From assembly GCF_009914755.1 (NCBI RefSeq), contig NC_060926.1: a stretch of DNA of 64,000 nucleotides; one strand, given 5' to 3'. This DNA is from the human T2T-CHM13v2.0 reference genome, Homo sapiens. The translations under genes and the position numbers were made by a program. The notes under the pieces are model-generated. The model searched no databases. It saw nothing but the letters and a program-made list of their open reading frames with translations, and was not told the origin of the DNA. Below are positions 1 to 64,000 of the stretch, in pieces. Position 1 is the first letter of the stretch, and each line of letters starts with the position of its first letter.

Positions 1-13
1 GTTTGACAAGGAC

Positions 14-59
14 TGACGTACTCTAGGCCCTTTGAATCCCGGAAGTCCAGGACACACCC
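14..59 (+). promoter_or_regulatory. Candidate proximal promoter motifs: half-CRE TGACGT (14-19), ETS CCGGAAGT (39-46), KLF CACACCC (53-59)
   Basis: Exact consensus matches about 70-110 nt upstream of the NOSTRIN ATG. Function is inferred and the TSS cannot be placed from sequence. Confidence 0.45.
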
Positions 60-81
60 AACCTTGATTACAGTGTCCAGA

Positions 82-99
82 ATGCTGGAGCGTAGGTGA
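82..99 (+). other. Possible upstream ORF (MLERR*)
   Basis: ATG CTG GAG CGT AGG TGA with A at -3, in the same frame as the main ATG and ending 27 nt before it. Only relevant if it lies inside the mRNA. Confidence 0.4.
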
Positions 100-126
100 A
101 AGGACAAAAGCCAGACACATTTCAAC

Positions 127-62446
<62,320 letters not shown>

Positions 62447-62510
62447 AACAAGACTCTGAACATACTACCTTCACACTCGGTAATCAACAATACAGTGTGG
62501 TTCAAATAAG

Positions 62511-62516
62511 AATAAA
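62511..62516 (+). terminator. Polyadenylation signal AATAAA
   Basis: 64 nt after the stop and followed by U-rich sequence (TGTTTTTCTTTTG). Confidence 0.7.
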
Positions 62517-62960
62517 GTGCTCTTACCTTTACATGTTTTTCTTTTGAAATGGATGGAGTTCTACCTGCATGTCACAGCACTTTGCATTCATGATTATTAG
62601 CTTGAAACAGTCAGAAAAAAGATGGATGGGTGGAGACAGACAAGGAAGAGGCTCCTTGGTTCCTAGAGGAGTTTCCAAATTCTAGGAGACCCTAGAGATG
62701 ATCCAGTATAACCCCTGGTGTCACAGAAACAGACGGAGTCCAAGGTGGGTTCAGCTGCTTGCCTGAAGTCAGAGTTATCTGGTAGACAACAGCAGTGGGA
62801 CTTAGATGTCTTTTTCCTCTGGATTTGGGTGGCAACAGAACACAGCAGGCCTATGAGGGGGTCAAGCAGAGCCTGGGAGATGAGGAACACAGATCAATTC
62901 CAAGAAGAGTGACAGGCAATCAAGACACCAATGAGATCAACCCAAATTAGGGGATGGTAG

Positions 62961-64000
<1,040 letters not shown>

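Overview
Primate (most likely human) genomic DNA holding the whole coding span of NOSTRIN (nitric oxide synthase trafficker; F-BAR, HR1-like coiled coil, SH3) on the + strand. I reconstructed 16 coding exons by hand from ATG 127 to TAA 62446. They total 1521 nt, i.e. 506 aa plus stop, with consistent phases. Intron 6 is GC-AG and the others are GT-AG. An optional in-frame 171-nt exon at 48323-48493 would give 563 aa, and an AATAAA lies at 62511. Introns are filled with Alu, L1, L2, MIR, MaLR/ERV1 LTR and hAT relics, and a 5'-truncated, frameshifted L1PA begins about 0.5 kb after the stop. No new protein-coding system, RNA gene or CRISPR array is supported; almost all short ORFs in the track are repeat-derived or chance. 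The most interesting stretch is 47.0-48.9 kb. There, the optional exon starts with GTAACC, so joining it to exon 8 rebuilds a CAG|GTAACC donor (recursive-splicing architecture). Just upstream is a ~170-bp inverted local copy of an Alu junction flanked by a 9-bp direct repeat, and just downstream is a 96-nt in-frame, stop-free intron. Repeat subfamily names and boundaries are by-eye recognition and approximate.
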